A DNA stretch of 64,000 bases, from contig JAGVAH010000157.1 of the NCBI GenBank assembly GCA_020060385.1, forward strand, positions 4,586-68,585. The letters run 5' to 3'. The stretch's first letter is position 1. Every line of letters begins with the position of its first letter. The stretch comes from Syntrophobacterales bacterium (GTDB taxonomy: Bacteria; Desulfobacterota; Desulfobaccia; Desulfobaccales; 0-14-0-80-60-11). Under the pieces are notes generated by a model, which searched no databases, had not been told where the DNA came from, and saw nothing but the letters and a program-made list of their open reading frames with translations. The translations under genes and the position numbers were made by a program. This document shows positions 63,075 to 64,000 of this stretch, piece by piece.

Positions 63075-63722
63075 TCAATGTCCTCCTTGAGTCGCGTCCT
63101 GGCCGTAGTCGCAATAGGGCAGGAGCGGGCAGAGGGGGCATTGAGGTTTCTTGGCGGTGCAGATCTGGCGGCCGTGCCAGATCATCTGGTGGGAGAACTT
63201 GGTCCAGCGGTCCGGGGGCACCAGGGGCATCAGATCGAATTCAATCTTCACCGGGTCCTTACTTGTGGTGAGGCCGAGGCGCTGGGATATCCGGCCCAAG
63301 TGGGTGTCCACCGTGATGCCGGGAATTCCGAAGGCATTGCCCAGGATGACGTTGGCGGTCTTGCGGCCGATGCCCGGGAGCTTGACCAGTTCCTCCAAAG
63401 AGGCCGGCACCTCCCCTCCGTAGTTTTCCTCCAGGGCCCGGCAGATCCCCTGGATGCTCTTGGCCTTTTGCCGGAAAAAGCCGGTGGGATGAAAGGCCGC
63501 CTCCAACTCCTTCAAGGGGGCGGCGGCATAAGCCGCGGCCGTGGGATATTTTTTAAAAACCCCGGGCGTCACCTGGTTCACCTTGACGTCGGTGCATTGG
63601 GCCGACAGCACCGTGGCCACCAGCAGCTCCAGGGGATTGGCAAAATCCAAAGTGACATGCGCCTCCCCATAGCGCTGCTCCAGGATTTGTAAAATGGGCC
63701 CGATTTTTTCTCCGGGTTGCAT
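63075..63722 (-). CDS. nth: Endonuclease III
   Basis: 215 aa with HhH-GPD (LPGIGRKTANVILGNAFG) and a C-terminal [4Fe-4S] loop C-x6-C-x2-C-x5-C (CTAKKPQCPLCPLLPYC). Confidence 0.92.
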   Translation of the reverse strand: MQPGEKIGPILQILEQRYGEAHVTLDFANPLELLVATVLSAQCTDVKVNQVTPGVFKKYPTAAAYAAAPLKELEAAFHPTGFFRQKAKSIQGICRALEENYGGEVPASLEELVKLPGIGRKTANVILGNAFGIPGITVDTHLGRISQRLGLTTSKDPVKIEFDLMPLVPPDRWTKFSHQMIWHGRQICTAKKPQCPLCPLLPYCDYGQDATQGGH

Positions 63723-63841
63723 GGCGGGTTCCTCTGGTGCCAGGAAGCTGGATGAGGGGAAGACCGGGACTTCCCCGGGGCGCCAGCCCCAAAAGACATT
63801 ATGGGCAGGTGGCCTTGAGAAGCTTGACTTCCGGGGCGCGT

Positions 63842-64000
63842 TTAATCCTGTTTTCCGGAGATGCCAGGGGCTGGAGGTGGATGATCCGGGACCTGGACAT
63901 TGGTTTCCATGATCCCGGCCAGGGATAGAGGCTGGGAGAACTGCACGGCTACCCCGAAAAAGGGGGAACCTCCTTTGGGAGGGTCAATCCGCACTATCGC
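63842..64000 (-). CDS. 3' end of an unidentified gene running off the window
   Basis: Reverse complement is open from the edge to TAA (63844-63842): ..AIVRIDPPKGGSPFFGVAVQFSQPLSLAGIMETNVQVPDHPPPAPGISGKQD. Coding-like, but only 52 codons are visible. Confidence 0.3.
   Translation of the reverse strand, partial: AIVRIDPPKGGSPFFGVAVQFSQPLSLAGIMETNVQVPDHPPPAPGISGKQD

Overview
64-kb chromosomal window, by eye about 60% G+C, from a flagellated bacterium with Gram-negative-type envelope genes. Gene content fits an anaerobe of the Desulfobacterota/Nitrospirota sort, but the taxon cannot be fixed from sequence alone. Layout: (i) 1-9.95 kb, minus strand: one tightly coupled flagellar operon, fliL-fliM-fliN-fliO-fliP-fliQ-fliR-flhB-flhA-flhF-flhG-fliA(partial), headed by a consensus sigma-54 promoter. 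(ii) 10.2-12.2 kb: rlmE, yebC, ruvC. (iii) 12.2-35.7 kb: a ~23-kb insertion separating ruvC from ruvA, bracketed by ~370-bp diverged direct repeats of the ruvA 5' region (the left copy is a dead ruvA fragment). Its core is the most unusual thing in the window, a 15-kb operon of three giant ORFs (2097, 1616 and 1311 aa). These combine a domain-permuted 2-oxoacid:ferredoxin-oxidoreductase-like fusion, a helical giant with a single RnfB/CFeSP-type [4Fe-4S] motif, and a NuoE-NuoF (NAD(P)H/FMN) fusion. I cannot assign roughly two thirds of their residues. The rest of the insertion holds a DUF116-like Cys-rich protein, a patatin-like lipase, an MscS channel, and a V4R protein plus class III nucleotidyl cyclase; no integrase was seen. 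(iv) 35.7-47.9 kb: ruvA (no ruvB), orphan DNA methyltransferase, pckG, lone ecfT, small DMT protein, mtaD, an AT-rich foreign ORF, a lytic transglycosylase, a Cys-rich secreted protein. (v) 48.3-52.7 kb: thrS-infC-rpmI-rplT-pheS (no pheT). (vi) 53.0-62.1 kb: GlgE alpha-glucan pathway (glgA/glgM-like, glgB, treS-pep2, glgE). (vii) DUF3568-like lipoprotein, nth. Nearly every intergenic gap carries a few repeat families: long hairpins whose arms are tandem 7-8-nt units (CACCAAGA, GTTCAAAG, CAGCTGT, TTCTGTT, CAGTGGC types), a GTCATTCTGAGCG palindromic MITE-like element (3 copies), and small G/C-tract hairpins. No rRNA, tRNA or CRISPR array was found.
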